A DNA stretch of 30,381 nt from a virus, in the UHGV virus genome UHGV-0119412; one strand, given 5' to 3'. Numbering within the stretch: position 1 is the stretch's first letter; the number at the start of each line of letters is the position of its first letter. The notes below the pieces were generated by a model. That model saw only the letters and a list, made by a program, of their open reading frames with translations. It did not search any database and was not told the origin of the DNA. Both the position numbers and the translations under genes were made by a program. Below, one piece after another: positions 1 through 9,799 of the stretch.

Positions 1-49
1 AGGGAATAATAAACTTCAAAATTGCATTTGCAAGTTTTGGTTTGCTTTT

Positions 50-1219
50 TCACTCCTCATTTTCTTCTGAGCTGTACTCCACATCGGAGAGTTTAACCTC
101 AAGCTCTAAGCCCGTCGTGAAACCGTTATTATTGAGGTTGTGGGTCACCTTGCTGATTAACCATGCCTGCTCGTCTATGACGCGCTTAAAGCCTGACACG
201 CGTACAGGCGTCTCAGGAATTAAATCCGCTCGCCCTAGCGCCAGTGTGATTGAAAACTCCGCAACGCCTCGCTGCAGTTTATCCCACTTAGCCTGAGCGG
301 CGCGCATCGCCTGTGCCTTTGAGGCATAGACCGTCGTCAGCGCCAGCACGTTATCGGCTTCACCGGCCATGTACTCACCCTCACGAGCCTCCTGCTCTTT
401 TTTGGCCTTTGTCTTTTTGCTGACAGGCTTTGCTTTCGGGTGCTCCAGTGCGCGTAGGTGTTTCTCTTTTGGCTGGCGTTTCAGCGTCACTTTTTGCTTT
501 TGCGGCTTCGGGTCTTTGGTGTGCAACCATTTTGCCGTTACGCCGGTATAAGCCCCACGGTCGGCAATAGCAAATTGATGACGGTCACCATTGCTACGGG
601 TCAGCGTCATTTGCGGGATGGGTCTGCCGCTGGCCGTCATCGCACTACCGGCTTTCAGAAACAGCAATTTCCCCGCTTTCACTGACACCGCAGCTCCGTT
701 TCGGTCAGCTAGCCGGGTCAGAAACACCGCGTCGGACTCCTGCGACTGGTCGATATGCGGTACCGGGATTTTTTTCAGTGAATCAGCGACACTGGCCGTC
801 AGTTTATTGCGTTTTGCGATGGTGCTGACCAGTTCTCCGATGGTGGTGTCATGCCATGACTCTTCACGCCTGGAATTTAGCGTGCCGCGAAAGTCCGCGC
901 TGCGCGCCCGGATGGTCAGGGTGTCAGGCGTTCCCCGGTGCTCAATCTCATCGACCGTAAAATCCCCCTTATTCAGCAACGCCGAGCCCTGCCAGCCAAG
1001 CCACAGCGTCAGCACTGCCCCGCGCAGGGGTAACTCAACTTTCCCGTCGGTATCATCAAGCTCAATATCGAGCTGGTCAGCCTCAAAACCCCGGTTATCG
1101 GTCATGGTGAGAGAAATCAATCGGTCACTAAAATTGCTGGTAATGTCCTGGCTGTTCAGCGTCAACATAAATGCCGGTGCAAGGCTGGCACTGGCGTCAA
1201 TTGGCATCCCCGTTATCAT
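50..1219 (-). CDS. D: P2-family tail protein D (gpD)
   Basis: 389-aa ORF; size and position (last gene of the FI-FII-E-T-U-D tail operon, overlapping U by 4 nt) match P2 gpD (387 aa). Confidence 0.85.
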   Translation of the reverse strand: MITGMPIDASASLAPAFMLTLNSQDITSNFSDRLISLTMTDNRGFEADQLDIELDDTDGKVELPLRGAVLTLWLGWQGSALLNKGDFTVDEIEHRGTPDTLTIRARSADFRGTLNSRREESWHDTTIGELVSTIAKRNKLTASVADSLKKIPVPHIDQSQESDAVFLTRLADRNGAAVSVKAGKLLFLKAGSAMTASGRPIPQMTLTRSNGDRHQFAIADRGAYTGVTAKWLHTKDPKPQKQKVTLKRQPKEKHLRALEHPKAKPVSKKTKAKKEQEAREGEYMAGEADNVLALTTVYASKAQAMRAAQAKWDKLQRGVAEFSITLALGRADLIPETPVRVSGFKRVIDEQAWLISKVTHNLNNNGFTTGLELEVKLSDVEYSSEENEE

Positions 1220-1701
1220 GCAGTGAAACCTCCGGGCATACCCTGCAGTTTATCTGTCAAATTACCGGCAGAGCCGAGAAGCTCACTGGCCTGTTTATTC
1301 AGGTCACCAAACATCTCTGTCAGCGATTCATCAACCCGTTTTAGCGAAAGCGTGAAATCAATCTTTCTGGCCGCACCATCACTGAAAAACTCGGTGCGTG
1401 TAGTCGATACTTTATCGACGATATACATCCCGAGGATATTTCCGGTTCCCTCTATCAACGGCCACGCTCTGCCTTCATTGGCCATCACCTCTACAGCCTT
1501 TAGTGAGATCCAACCGCCAGTGATAGCGGGGTATAGCGTACCAGCAAGCTGTATAGAGGTTTCCCCCTCGCCAAGAAACTGATAGGCAGGTGGTTTACCC
1601 ACCCGGTCATTGGACACCCAGCGATAATCTTTCGAATGCTGCATCGACTGGTAAGGCAGGGTGCGAAGTTCAAACACAAACATTCCGAGAGCAAGCATCA
1701 T
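1216..1701 (-). CDS. U: P2-family tail protein U (gpU)
   Basis: 161-aa ORF immediately downstream of the tape measure gene and overlapping D; P2 gpU is 159 aa. Confidence 0.85.
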   Translation of the reverse strand: MMLALGMFVFELRTLPYQSMQHSKDYRWVSNDRVGKPPAYQFLGEGETSIQLAGTLYPAITGGWISLKAVEVMANEGRAWPLIEGTGNILGMYIVDKVSTTRTEFFSDGAARKIDFTLSLKRVDESLTEMFGDLNKQASELLGSAGNLTDKLQGMPGGFTA

Positions 1702-1714
1702 CGTTTAATCCCCC

Positions 1715-4159
1715 TCAATAGTCGTGGGTCATGTTGGCACGCTGGCGGGCGCGTTTATCGCGCTCAATCTGTTCGAGCGTGTCGCGTAGTTGTCTGTCAA
1801 GCTGATGCCCCGGCGCAACACCTCCCGGCAGATTGATGTTGTATTCGCTTTTGCTCTGGTCAATGTAAGAGCGCCCCGCCGGTGCGGTAACTGGCTGATA
1901 AGCCTGATAGCCGCCATATGTGCTGGTTGCCGGGATGTAGGAATTACCCTGTGTGGCGGCATTGGTTTTGGCGGCGGTCTTGTCGAGGCTGTCCGACTCT
2001 TTGTTGATGATGCCGAGCTTTTCGAGAAGCCAGTCGACACCGCTGCGCAGCTTGTTAAAAACATTGAGCGGAGCCATCAAGGCAGAGGCCAGTGCCTGAC
2101 CAAATATGACGCCGACATTTTTGCAGCTATCAAGCGTTTCCTGCGTGGCCTTAACCGGTGCTATCAGGTCTTTAAACCACTGCCAGACGCCGCGCAGTTT
2201 CTCGCCGAGACCATCAAAAATGGGAGCCAGTGGAGCTAACATTTCCCCGACTGGGGCAAAGGCACTCATGATGCCTTCAATCACTCCCGAGAAAAATGCG
2301 CTGATGGGCTCCCAATATTTACGGATGAGTAGCGCCCCCGCCACAATCGCCGCACCGACGGCCACTATCGGCCAGGTAATCGCACCGAGCGCTGTCGCAA
2401 TGGCACTACCGACGACAGTAAAGACCGTACCCAGCACGCCAGCAGCGGCGATAATTGCATTAATCCCCATGACAACCGGCCACGCAACGAGACCAATGCC
2501 GCCGATGATACCAATCAGCGCCAGCGCACCACCGGCGATGATGCCGATAGTTTCCGCTAACTCCTTGTTGTCTTTGATCCAGTCATCAAGCTTTAGCACA
2601 TACCGTGTTGCTGTCTGAGTTAGCTGACGCAATGAGCTATCTTGCTGGTCATAGAGGTCAGTGCCGACCGCCTCATATGCTGACTGGAACTCCTTGAAGT
2701 CGCCGCCGAGGTTATCCTGCATAACCTTGACCAGCTCCTCTGTTTTACCGTCTGAATCCTTTATCGTGGCAGTTAGCTTATCGAGTTTTCCGCTTGCCGC
2801 TGCCGCCATAAGGACACTTGCAGACTTCATAGCCTCCTCGCCGAATATCGTTTTCACGTACTCGGCCTTTTGTGAGGTACCAAGATTGTTGCGCTTAAAA
2901 CTGGCCTGCATTTCTTTCAGGATGGTAAATAGCGGGCGCGTATTGCCTTTGCTGTCTGAGGTTTTAACTCCCAGCTCTTTGAGAGCATCGTATGCTTTGC
3001 CTGTGGGTGCCTGTAGTCTCGTTATAACAGCAGCGCCGCCAGTCCCAGCCATTGACCCCCTGATGTTATTATCATGAAGTGTGCCGGTAATCGCCGCCGC
3101 CTGTTCAAGACTCACCCCAGCATTTTTCGCAACAGGGGCAAGGTAACTTAATGAGTCACTTAGTCCCTGAAAATCAGCGGTGGTTTTGTTCATCGTGGTT
3201 GAAAGAACATCACCGATATGCGCAGCCGCGTCATTAGAAAGTTGAAAGGCGGCTTTTGTCCCCATCAACAGTTGCGCGTTTTCCTCCATTGTTTTTTTGT
3301 TTGCAAGCGACAGGTTGAGAGTCACAGGTGTCATGGCCGCTATAGCCGCCGCATCACCACCACCTTTTGCAATGATAATCTGCGCACTGGCTGCATCATC
3401 AGCAGAAGCGGCTGTATTGTCACCGAGCTGGCGCGCCTGTTTGCGTAACGCCTGCATTTCTGGCGACTGCTTATCGACCCCGAGCACAGCCTGCAGCTCG
3501 GAGTTTTTTTGCGCAAAGTCATAACCGGGCATCAGCAATTTAACCCCGGCCATCGTTCCCGCTGTCGCAATACCGACCCCGGCAGCACCTGCAGCGGCCA
3601 TGTTACCGGCAAGCTCCTTACCCGATTTATATCGCTCTTTCACTCGGTTTAGGTGCGCCTGCTGTGCGCTGACCTTCGCCAATGCTTCACGCTGCCGGTT
3701 GAGCTGCGCCGTCGTCTCGCTGATACGTGTTTTAAGCCCCCGCTCATCGTTTGCCAGATTGCGGGTATTGATACCGGCGGCACCCAGCTCGCGTTGCTGG
3801 CGTTTAACCGACTCGGTGAGGCTGTTGTATTTAACCTGCAGCCCCTCGGCGGCACGTTTTGCGGATTCGAGCACCTGTGCCTGCGCTCGCGTCGGGCGCT
3901 CAGTATTTTTGAATTGCGTGGCAAGCGCTTCAGCCTCGCGCTTTGCCTTCTCCAGCGACTGGCCGGTTACGGCCAGTTGAGCGCTGGTTTTGCGAAAGCC
4001 GTCGATTTTCGCGGCCTGCCCGTTCAGGTCACGCAGCCCTTTTTGTGTGTCGCGAATATCGCCCGACAGGGTTTTACTCGCGGTCTGGATGGATTTAAGC
4101 GGTCGGGTCGCCTGGTCGACCGCTTTCAGCAAAACCTCAAGTCTCAGGTTATTACTCAT
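1715..4159 (-). CDS. T: Tail tape measure protein (gpT)
   Basis: 814-aa ORF with a coiled-coil-like Ala/Gln/Leu-rich N-terminus and Gly/Ala-rich hydrophobic segments; P2 gpT is 815 aa; follows E/E'. Confidence 0.9.
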   Translation of the reverse strand: MSNNLRLEVLLKAVDQATRPLKSIQTASKTLSGDIRDTQKGLRDLNGQAAKIDGFRKTSAQLAVTGQSLEKAKREAEALATQFKNTERPTRAQAQVLESAKRAAEGLQVKYNSLTESVKRQQRELGAAGINTRNLANDERGLKTRISETTAQLNRQREALAKVSAQQAHLNRVKERYKSGKELAGNMAAAGAAGVGIATAGTMAGVKLLMPGYDFAQKNSELQAVLGVDKQSPEMQALRKQARQLGDNTAASADDAASAQIIIAKGGGDAAAIAAMTPVTLNLSLANKKTMEENAQLLMGTKAAFQLSNDAAAHIGDVLSTTMNKTTADFQGLSDSLSYLAPVAKNAGVSLEQAAAITGTLHDNNIRGSMAGTGGAAVITRLQAPTGKAYDALKELGVKTSDSKGNTRPLFTILKEMQASFKRNNLGTSQKAEYVKTIFGEEAMKSASVLMAAAASGKLDKLTATIKDSDGKTEELVKVMQDNLGGDFKEFQSAYEAVGTDLYDQQDSSLRQLTQTATRYVLKLDDWIKDNKELAETIGIIAGGALALIGIIGGIGLVAWPVVMGINAIIAAAGVLGTVFTVVGSAIATALGAITWPIVAVGAAIVAGALLIRKYWEPISAFFSGVIEGIMSAFAPVGEMLAPLAPIFDGLGEKLRGVWQWFKDLIAPVKATQETLDSCKNVGVIFGQALASALMAPLNVFNKLRSGVDWLLEKLGIINKESDSLDKTAAKTNAATQGNSYIPATSTYGGYQAYQPVTAPAGRSYIDQSKSEYNINLPGGVAPGHQLDRQLRDTLEQIERDKRARQRANMTHDY

Positions 4160-4639
4160 TGTGGTGTCCGCTACGCTGCAGCGCCTTTTCGCGCCATGTG
4201 ATGAGCTCGGTCAGGCTCAGGGAATAGAGATCTGATAGCGGCCAGTGGAATATCACCGCGATATCCGCCATCAGGTCATCGGTCGACAGGTCGGGCGGGA
4301 AATCTACTCCGCCGAAGCCGGTGACAAAAAACCAATCACCTTAGCGGCCAGCGACAGCATATCGGGCAGGTTCATTGCGGTAAGCTCCTGCGCCGTAAGC
4401 GCGGGGTAGGTCATGCGTGGCAATACCTTAATCAGCGCATCGACTTCGGACTGCGCCACCGCTGCCAGACTGACACCGCGCAGGGTACCGGCGTTCGGCT
4501 CAATCAGTGTGACTTTATCAATCGTCTGACCGGCGCGCTTAATCGGCTTGTCGAGGGTCACGACGTTCGGGTTTACGGTGTCAATTTCATTGCCAGCCAT
4601 ATCAACAAATTCAGCGGTTTTACGTGGTGCTTTTGCCAT
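4152..4639 (-). CDS. gpE+E' extended product by programmed -1 frameshift
   Basis: Hand translation of the -1 frame after the slippery run (minus strand, about 4325-4333) is open for about 58 codons (...FVTGFGGVDFPPDLSTDDLMADIAVIFHWPLSDLYSLSLTELITWREKALQRSGHHNE) and stops at a TAA overlapping the T start codon, as in the P2 E/E' arrangement. Confidence 0.55.
4304..4639 (-). CDS. E: Tail assembly chaperone gpE
   Basis: 111-aa ORF between FII and T; ends just after a GGTTTTTTG slippery run; the true start may be the internal Met (MAGNEI...). Confidence 0.75.
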   Translation of the reverse strand: MAKAPRKTAEFVDMAGNEIDTVNPNVVTLDKPIKRAGQTIDKVTLIEPNAGTLRGVSLAAVAQSEVDALIKVLPRMTYPALTAQELTAMNLPDMLSLAAKVIGFLSPASAE

Positions 4640-4702
4640 GATGTTTTTCTCTGCTCTGAATGGGGATTAATAACCGGCCAGCAGTGCTGACCGGTCAGGG
4701 AA

Positions 4703-5221
4703 TTACAGCCCGATTGCGCGGCGGTGCTGTTCCAGACGGTCGACGCAGTTCACCTTCTCAACCATGTTGACGGTGTCGATTTCGATGACGTCGCTACCAT
4801 CAATCGTGAGGCGGTAATAGGTGCATACGGTCGACAGTTTGGTCGAGGTGTTTTCACCCTGCTTATTCTCGCCGCCGTCGATTTCTTTATGACGGCCACG
4901 CATGACCACCTCGACCGCCACGATTTCGCCAGTGTCGTCACGTTGGTAAGAGCCAGCAAAACGCAACGGCACAGCGTCAGCACCCGGCGCGGCGTACTGC
5001 GCCCACAGCGCCACATCAGGCAGGCCACCAACAGACCATTCGACGGTGAGCGCATCATCGTCGAGACCAAGGTCAATCGCCGCCGCGCCATTCATGCCGC
5101 CGCCGCGATAGTTTTCGAGCTTGCGGGTCAGCTTCGGCAGCGTCACGGATTCAACAACGCCCATGTAGCTAAGGCCGTCATTGAACATGTTCAGATATTT
5201 AAGTTTGCGGGGTAGTGCCAT
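4703..5221 (-). CDS. FII: Tail tube protein (gpFII)
   Basis: 172-aa ORF directly downstream of the sheath gene; P2 FII is 172 aa. Confidence 0.85.
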   Translation of the reverse strand: MALPRKLKYLNMFNDGLSYMGVVESVTLPKLTRKLENYRGGGMNGAAAIDLGLDDDALTVEWSVGGLPDVALWAQYAAPGADAVPLRFAGSYQRDDTGEIVAVEVVMRGRHKEIDGGENKQGENTSTKLSTVCTYYRLTIDGSDVIEIDTVNMVEKVNCVDRLEQHRRAIGL

Positions 5222-5236
5222 GTTGTTTCAGGCTCC

Positions 5237-6415
5237 TTAGCTGTTGACCGATTCGGCCAGATTCACCAGATATTTATCGGTGATACGCTGGCGCAGGGTT
5301 AGGCTTTCCAGTGGTGGAACCGGTGTATAGTTGTAGTCGATATACAGTTTCCCGGCCTTGAGGGTTTCCTTATCGTTCGATTCCTCGTCGAACCAGCATT
5401 CACCGTCCACGATGTAGCCGTTTGATTTCAGCTCGCGGAATTTGGCGTTAATACCGTCGACAATGTCACGGATAAGCGATGCGGTGATGGGCTTATCGAC
5501 CGCCCACATGTGCGCCTCGGCCATCGTGTCGGCCAGCACCTGCGCGGTGCGGGTGTAGTTCTCAAACAGGAAAAGCGGGTCATCAGAGCAGGTGCGGTTA
5601 CCCCAAAAGCGGAAGCCATCCTTACGCACCAGTGTCGTGACCCCGGCCTCGTTGAGCAGATCAGCATCGGTGCCGGATGCCTGCAAATCCCAAAACACTG
5701 ACGCACTGATGCCGGTAACACCCTGCACGCCGACGTTAGACAGGGTTTTGTGCCAGCCGACGGTCTGGTCGATATAGGCACGCAGGCCGAGTGCGCGCGC
5801 GGTGGCGTAGGCTGTTGCGGTGGCGTTCGCGGTGGTGTTCCATGCGAGGAAATCAGGCCAGATAAGCATCAGTTCGCGCTGGCTGAAATTCTCGCGATAG
5901 GTCATCGCCTCGGAAATAGTCTTACAGCCCCATGCACTGACATAGCCAAAGGCGCGCAGGCTGATACAGACCGACGCAAGTGCGACTGCGACCTCTTTGG
6001 TATCGAGCCCCGGCACGCCGAGAATGCGCGGCTTAACACCGGTGACCGCTTCGGCAGTCAACAGCGCCTTGATACCGGTGTATTTACCGTTCTCATCCGT
6101 GCCGCCGATGATATTGGAAATGGTCTGCGCTTCCGCGTCTTCTCCGGTACCTTCGGCAACACGCACGACAACGGTGACGGGCTTTGACTGGTCGGCGATG
6201 GCCTGCAGGGAGGCAGACAGCGTGCCTTTTTTACCGGCTTTCGCAATGGCGCTCTGCACATTGGTAATCAGTACCGGCTCGTTGAGGGGAAATGTCGCGG
6301 CATCCGCATCGCTGGCCGTGCAGACCATGCCGACGATTGCAGTCGCGACCGTAGAAATAACACGCGTACCGTCATTGATTTCGATGACCTGCGTGCCGTG
6401 GTGAAAATCACTCAT
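5237..6415 (-). CDS. FI: Contractile tail sheath protein (gpFI)
   Basis: 392-aa ORF, first gene of the FI-FII-E-T-U-D operon; P2 FI is 396 aa. Confidence 0.9.
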   Translation of the reverse strand: MSDFHHGTQVIEINDGTRVISTVATAIVGMVCTASDADAATFPLNEPVLITNVQSAIAKAGKKGTLSASLQAIADQSKPVTVVVRVAEGTGEDAEAQTISNIIGGTDENGKYTGIKALLTAEAVTGVKPRILGVPGLDTKEVAVALASVCISLRAFGYVSAWGCKTISEAMTYRENFSQRELMLIWPDFLAWNTTANATATAYATARALGLRAYIDQTVGWHKTLSNVGVQGVTGISASVFWDLQASGTDADLLNEAGVTTLVRKDGFRFWGNRTCSDDPLFLFENYTRTAQVLADTMAEAHMWAVDKPITASLIRDIVDGINAKFRELKSNGYIVDGECWFDEESNDKETLKAGKLYIDYNYTPVPPLESLTLRQRITDKYLVNLAESVNS

Positions 6416-6515
6416 CCGGTTAACTCCGTGGTTAGTGGGCGAGTGTTATTGTCCTGACTGGTCTGGTGAGGGGCTATTTATCGGCGATGGATGGCTGATG
6501 GCACATAAACAAATC

Positions 6516-6542
6516 ATAAAAAAGACGGGCATCTGCCCGCCC
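6516..6542 (-). terminator. Rho-independent terminator downstream of the tail fibre chaperone gene
   Basis: On the minus strand a GC stem (CGGGCA-GA-TGCCCG) is followed by TCTTTTTTAT; it lies in the 130-nt gap between the chaperone gene and FI. Confidence 0.55.
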
Positions 6543-6546
6543 TGCG

Positions 6547-6972
6547 TTATTCCGGTTTAACCGGCCACTCAATATCCGGTGCCGTGGTGGTGTCGACCGC
6601 GTTCAGCGCCTGAATATATTTCATCCACGCAATCAGGCTGGCCTTGTCATCGTCGCTGATGATGTCGAGCTGCAGCTCAGTCTGCCACAGGCTGATTGTC
6701 GACTGCGCTTCATTAAGTAATACACCTCTCTTTCTTTCTGCATCAGCAGCCAACTCCTCAGGAGAAGGCAACGGAATATCCAGCCATACGGGATAACCAT
6801 TCTCATCCACCCCTCTTACTTTTCCCTCTGGTGGCTCCTGCATAAAATCATCGGCAATATTTCCGTCAATTTCTATTCCATCATCAGGCCATGTGCCTGA
6901 TTGTTCATAAGCTGCCTTCAGCGCAATCGGGAAGAATGCATTTTTTTTAGCACTAAATACATAAGTCTGCAT
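6547..6972 (-). CDS. Tail fibre assembly chaperone (gpG/Tfa-like)
   Basis: 141-aa ORF immediately downstream of the tail fibre gene (1-nt gap); acidic; AT-richer than the phage core. Confidence 0.7.
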   Translation of the reverse strand: MQTYVFSAKKNAFFPIALKAAYEQSGTWPDDGIEIDGNIADDFMQEPPEGKVRGVDENGYPVWLDIPLPSPEELAADAERKRGVLLNEAQSTISLWQTELQLDIISDDDKASLIAWMKYIQALNAVDTTTAPDIEWPVKPE

Positions 6973-6973
6973 T

Positions 6974-7939
6974 TTATCGCCCTATGGAAATATAACTAAA
7001 ACGGAAATTCTGAGCGTTATCACTTGCCGCAATACGCCACGATGAATTGCTGATGTGTTCGAAGTTAACAGCAAGTACAGGTGTAGTTGGTGCCGTGGGA
7101 TTTGACTGCACAGCATCGGACATAATGCTGACTGAAACCAGTGGCTGATTTGGAAACGGTATCGGAAAATTTCCACTGATAAAACGCGTTGTATTACCTG
7201 CATAGGTTCCGAATTGCACAACATGCCCGCTTGGCAACTTAAACCATCCGCTTCCTGAAGCAAATGCCCCCATATCCGGCACTTGATTCGCCGCAGTCCC
7301 CACATCTCTCTTAGCCGCCTCTTTAAGACCCAAATTTTGCAAAATTTGGCTTACCAGACCGGCATCAACCATTTCTTTAAGCGCGTTCGCAATCAATGGG
7401 TACTGCTTATGTGGATTGGCGGCCTCAACATGTTTTTTCATCAGGTCATCAGCATATCCTTTCACCTCGATAATCTTGTCGTCGACATACTGGCGCGTTG
7501 CCAGCACGACTGCCGGGTCGATTTTCAGGGTGATTGCCGATGTGCTCGACACAATCAGAATCATGCGAATGGTCTGCGTGCGACCGCTTCCCTCCTGCAG
7601 TTGTGGCTTGTAGGTCTCCGGACAGTTCGCCACGGCAATCAGAATACCATCATCGTCATAGAGACCAATCTCGCGGATCCAGAAACCACCTTCATTCTCG
7701 GGAATAATCTGTTCCGCGATAATCTGACTGGTATTGGCCGGGTCAACGGTCAGCAGGTTCAGCGGCGCGATGCGTTTCTGGTTAATGAGCTTCGTCTGCG
7801 CCGGGTCAGGGGTCGGCAACGTACCATTCGCATCACCGACGGCCATCTGCGTCAGGTTGAGTTTGGTACCGAGTGCCGCCGCGTTCGCCAGCCGCGCCGC
7901 GCCCTGATTGGTCAGAATGGCAAAATATTTTGCGGTCAT
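6974..7939 (-). CDS. Tail fibre protein, gpH-type N-terminal domain with a short divergent C-terminal domain
   Basis: 321-aa ORF whose N-terminus (MTAKYFAILTNQGAARLANA...MAVGD...GGFWIREIGLYDDDGILIAVAN...YKPQLQEGSGRTQTIRMILIVSS) matches the conserved baseplate-binding domain of P2 gpH as recalled; it is much shorter than P2 gpH (669 aa). Confidence 0.8.
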   Translation of the reverse strand: MTAKYFAILTNQGAARLANAAALGTKLNLTQMAVGDANGTLPTPDPAQTKLINQKRIAPLNLLTVDPANTSQIIAEQIIPENEGGFWIREIGLYDDDGILIAVANCPETYKPQLQEGSGRTQTIRMILIVSSTSAITLKIDPAVVLATRQYVDDKIIEVKGYADDLMKKHVEAANPHKQYPLIANALKEMVDAGLVSQILQNLGLKEAAKRDVGTAANQVPDMGAFASGSGWFKLPSGHVVQFGTYAGNTTRFISGNFPIPFPNQPLVSVSIMSDAVQSNPTAPTTPVLAVNFEHISNSSWRIAASDNAQNFRFSYISIGR

Positions 7940-8544
7940 GCGTTCACTCTCAGATTATCAATCAAATGGATGGCCGAGGCCGGGTAATATTCACCGCCGA
8001 CGACAATCTCCTCGGGGGTGTAGGGGTAAACAGTCAGCGCGTCGCCGTGATAGCATCCCGCGCCGACATACAGTTCGCCGGTCGAGCTCAGACTGATAGC
8101 CAGCCCGGTCAGGTGGCGACTTGCCGGTTTGGCGTCTTCAATCAGTCGCTCAAGCTCCTGATACATTTCGTCAGTGATGCCGCTGTCGAGGACGCCAACA
8201 ACGAGGCGGAATGTGCCTGGCTCCTCGTCGAGTTGCCACCACTCGCGCACCTCAATCAGAAAGCCGAGCGGCTCGACGACCCGACGCAATGCGCTGATGG
8301 TGCCTTTGTGCTGATGGACGAAAAACGAGGACGCGCAGACGCTGCGCTTTGTCGCCTCCGGCCATTTCTCATCCCACCTGTCGACCGACAGCGCCCACGC
8401 CAGATACGGCAGCAGCTTTACCGGGCAGGTGCGCCAGTTCCACAGGGTGCGCAGCGGTACCGGCACGCGCTGAATCTTAGAGAACGCAGCGGCGGCGGCG
8501 ACCTCCAGCGGCGACGAGCCAACGGGTAATAGCCGGTCATTCAT
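7936..8544 (-). CDS. I: Baseplate protein gpI
   Basis: 202-aa ORF between J and the fibre gene, overlapping both by a few nt; position matches P2 gpI. Confidence 0.75.
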   Translation of the reverse strand: MNDRLLPVGSSPLEVAAAAAFSKIQRVPVPLRTLWNWRTCPVKLLPYLAWALSVDRWDEKWPEATKRSVCASSFFVHQHKGTISALRRVVEPLGFLIEVREWWQLDEEPGTFRLVVGVLDSGITDEMYQELERLIEDAKPASRHLTGLAISLSSTGELYVGAGCYHGDALTVYPYTPEEIVVGGEYYPASAIHLIDNLRVNA

Positions 8545-9445
8545 CCGAGCCCCCGATAGTTATCTGGTACTCGGTACAGTTCGACGCCTGCGACTTACTC
8601 AGCACTATGTCGGCCTGCGGTGATGTCAGCTCGACACGCTGCACCCCCTCAACATGCAGCGCCGCATAAATGGCTGACAGACGGATATCACGCCCGAGGC
8701 GGTGCTGCGCGCTGATGTAGCTCTGCAGCTTCTGCTCTGACGCCTGCCTGATGGGTTCAGATTCGGGGCCGGGGTAAACGTAGATCGTCGCGTCAATCTG
8801 GTATGGCACAATCTCGGCTGACTGGACGGTCACCCGGTCAGCTACCGGGCGCACATCTTCGGCGTTCAGCGCTTTATCAACAATCGCCAGTAGCTCAGGG
8901 CTGGCAGTGCCGTCCCCCTCACGCGATAGCACGGTAATCGTCACGCAGGCTGGCGACGGGCTGGCGACCGAAACGTCAGCGACCCGCCCGTCGGCGCTGC
9001 GGCCGTGATACTCATATGCACCGACCGGACCCGCCACGCTCAATCCCTCAAACGCCTGTTGCGTGCGCAGTCGCAGGTCGGTATCAGATTCCATAACGGC
9101 AGGTGTCGGCGGGATGGTGGTATCATCCGCCGGGGTGATGGTCAGGCGTTCGGTATTATTGTTCCCGGCTACGACGTCGAGGTCGTTACCGGCGGAGTAG
9201 GCCAGCGTCACCGCCTGCGCGGCTTCGTTCACCCGCTGACGCCAGATAACTTCACGGTAGGCGTTTTCCTGCAGCAGCTTAACAACCGGCTCTGACTCAA
9301 GTGTGAGCGTCTGGGCAATGGCCTCCTGCTGGTCTTCTGGATAGAGCGATATCAGCGTCGCTTTGCGTTCCGCAAGGATGGTTTCATAGTCCAGTTCCTC
9401 AACCACATCGGGAACGGGTAACTGACTCAGGTCAACGGTTGCCAT
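8537..9445 (-). CDS. J: Baseplate wedge protein gpJ
   Basis: 302-aa ORF; P2 gpJ is 302 aa; synteny W-J-I. Confidence 0.85.
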   Translation of the reverse strand: MATVDLSQLPVPDVVEELDYETILAERKATLISLYPEDQQEAIAQTLTLESEPVVKLLQENAYREVIWRQRVNEAAQAVTLAYSAGNDLDVVAGNNNTERLTITPADDTTIPPTPAVMESDTDLRLRTQQAFEGLSVAGPVGAYEYHGRSADGRVADVSVASPSPACVTITVLSREGDGTASPELLAIVDKALNAEDVRPVADRVTVQSAEIVPYQIDATIYVYPGPESEPIRQASEQKLQSYISAQHRLGRDIRLSAIYAALHVEGVQRVELTSPQADIVLSKSQASNCTEYQITIGGSDE

Positions 9446-9451
9446 AGTTAT

Positions 9452-9799
9452 TTAACTCAGTGAAACAGTGGTTGAAACTGACGCACCGGTATCGGTACGC
9501 ATCCCGGTAATATCGACATACATCTCGCCAGCGTCGCCGGCCTCAAAGCTGATGGATGTAAGCCTGATGCGCGGCTCCCACTTCTGGATAGCCGAATAGC
9601 ACGCCACCATAATTTGCAGCCTGAGCGCCGGGTTTTGCGGCATATCAATCAGCGCCGACAGAAGCGAGCCATATTCACGACGCATCACCCGCGAGCCGAC
9701 CGGCGTCAGCAGAATATCGCGCATGCTCTGGCTGATATGCTCGGTATCGCTGATGCCAAGGCCGGTATTTCGGTTCATCCCCTGATAGCGCGCCGTCAT
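9452..9799 (-). CDS. W: Baseplate protein gpW
   Basis: 115-aa ORF; P2 gpW is 115 aa; between V and J. Confidence 0.8.
   Translation of the reverse strand: MTARYQGMNRNTGLGISDTEHISQSMRDILLTPVGSRVMRREYGSLLSALIDMPQNPALRLQIMVACYSAIQKWEPRIRLTSISFEAGDAGEMYVDITGMRTDTGASVSTTVSLS

Noticed and set aside
42-296. 84-aa plus-strand ORF at the left edge
   Set aside because: Lies antisense within gpD (50..1219); no start context; typical antisense ORF in GC-rich coding sequence.
591-1226. 211-aa plus-strand ORF
   Set aside because: Entirely antisense to gpD; Ser/Arg/Pro-rich low-complexity translation typical of the wrong frame of a GC-rich gene.
2106-2618. 170-aa plus-strand ORF (also 1790..2239, 2661..3077, 3653..4201)
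   Set aside because: All antisense to the 814-aa tape measure gene, which has clear P2 synteny and size; treated as spurious.
4640-4702. Imperfect inverted repeat (CCGGCCAGC...GCTGACCGG) between FII and E, considered as a terminator
   Set aside because: One mismatch, no T-run, and it lies inside a single operon.
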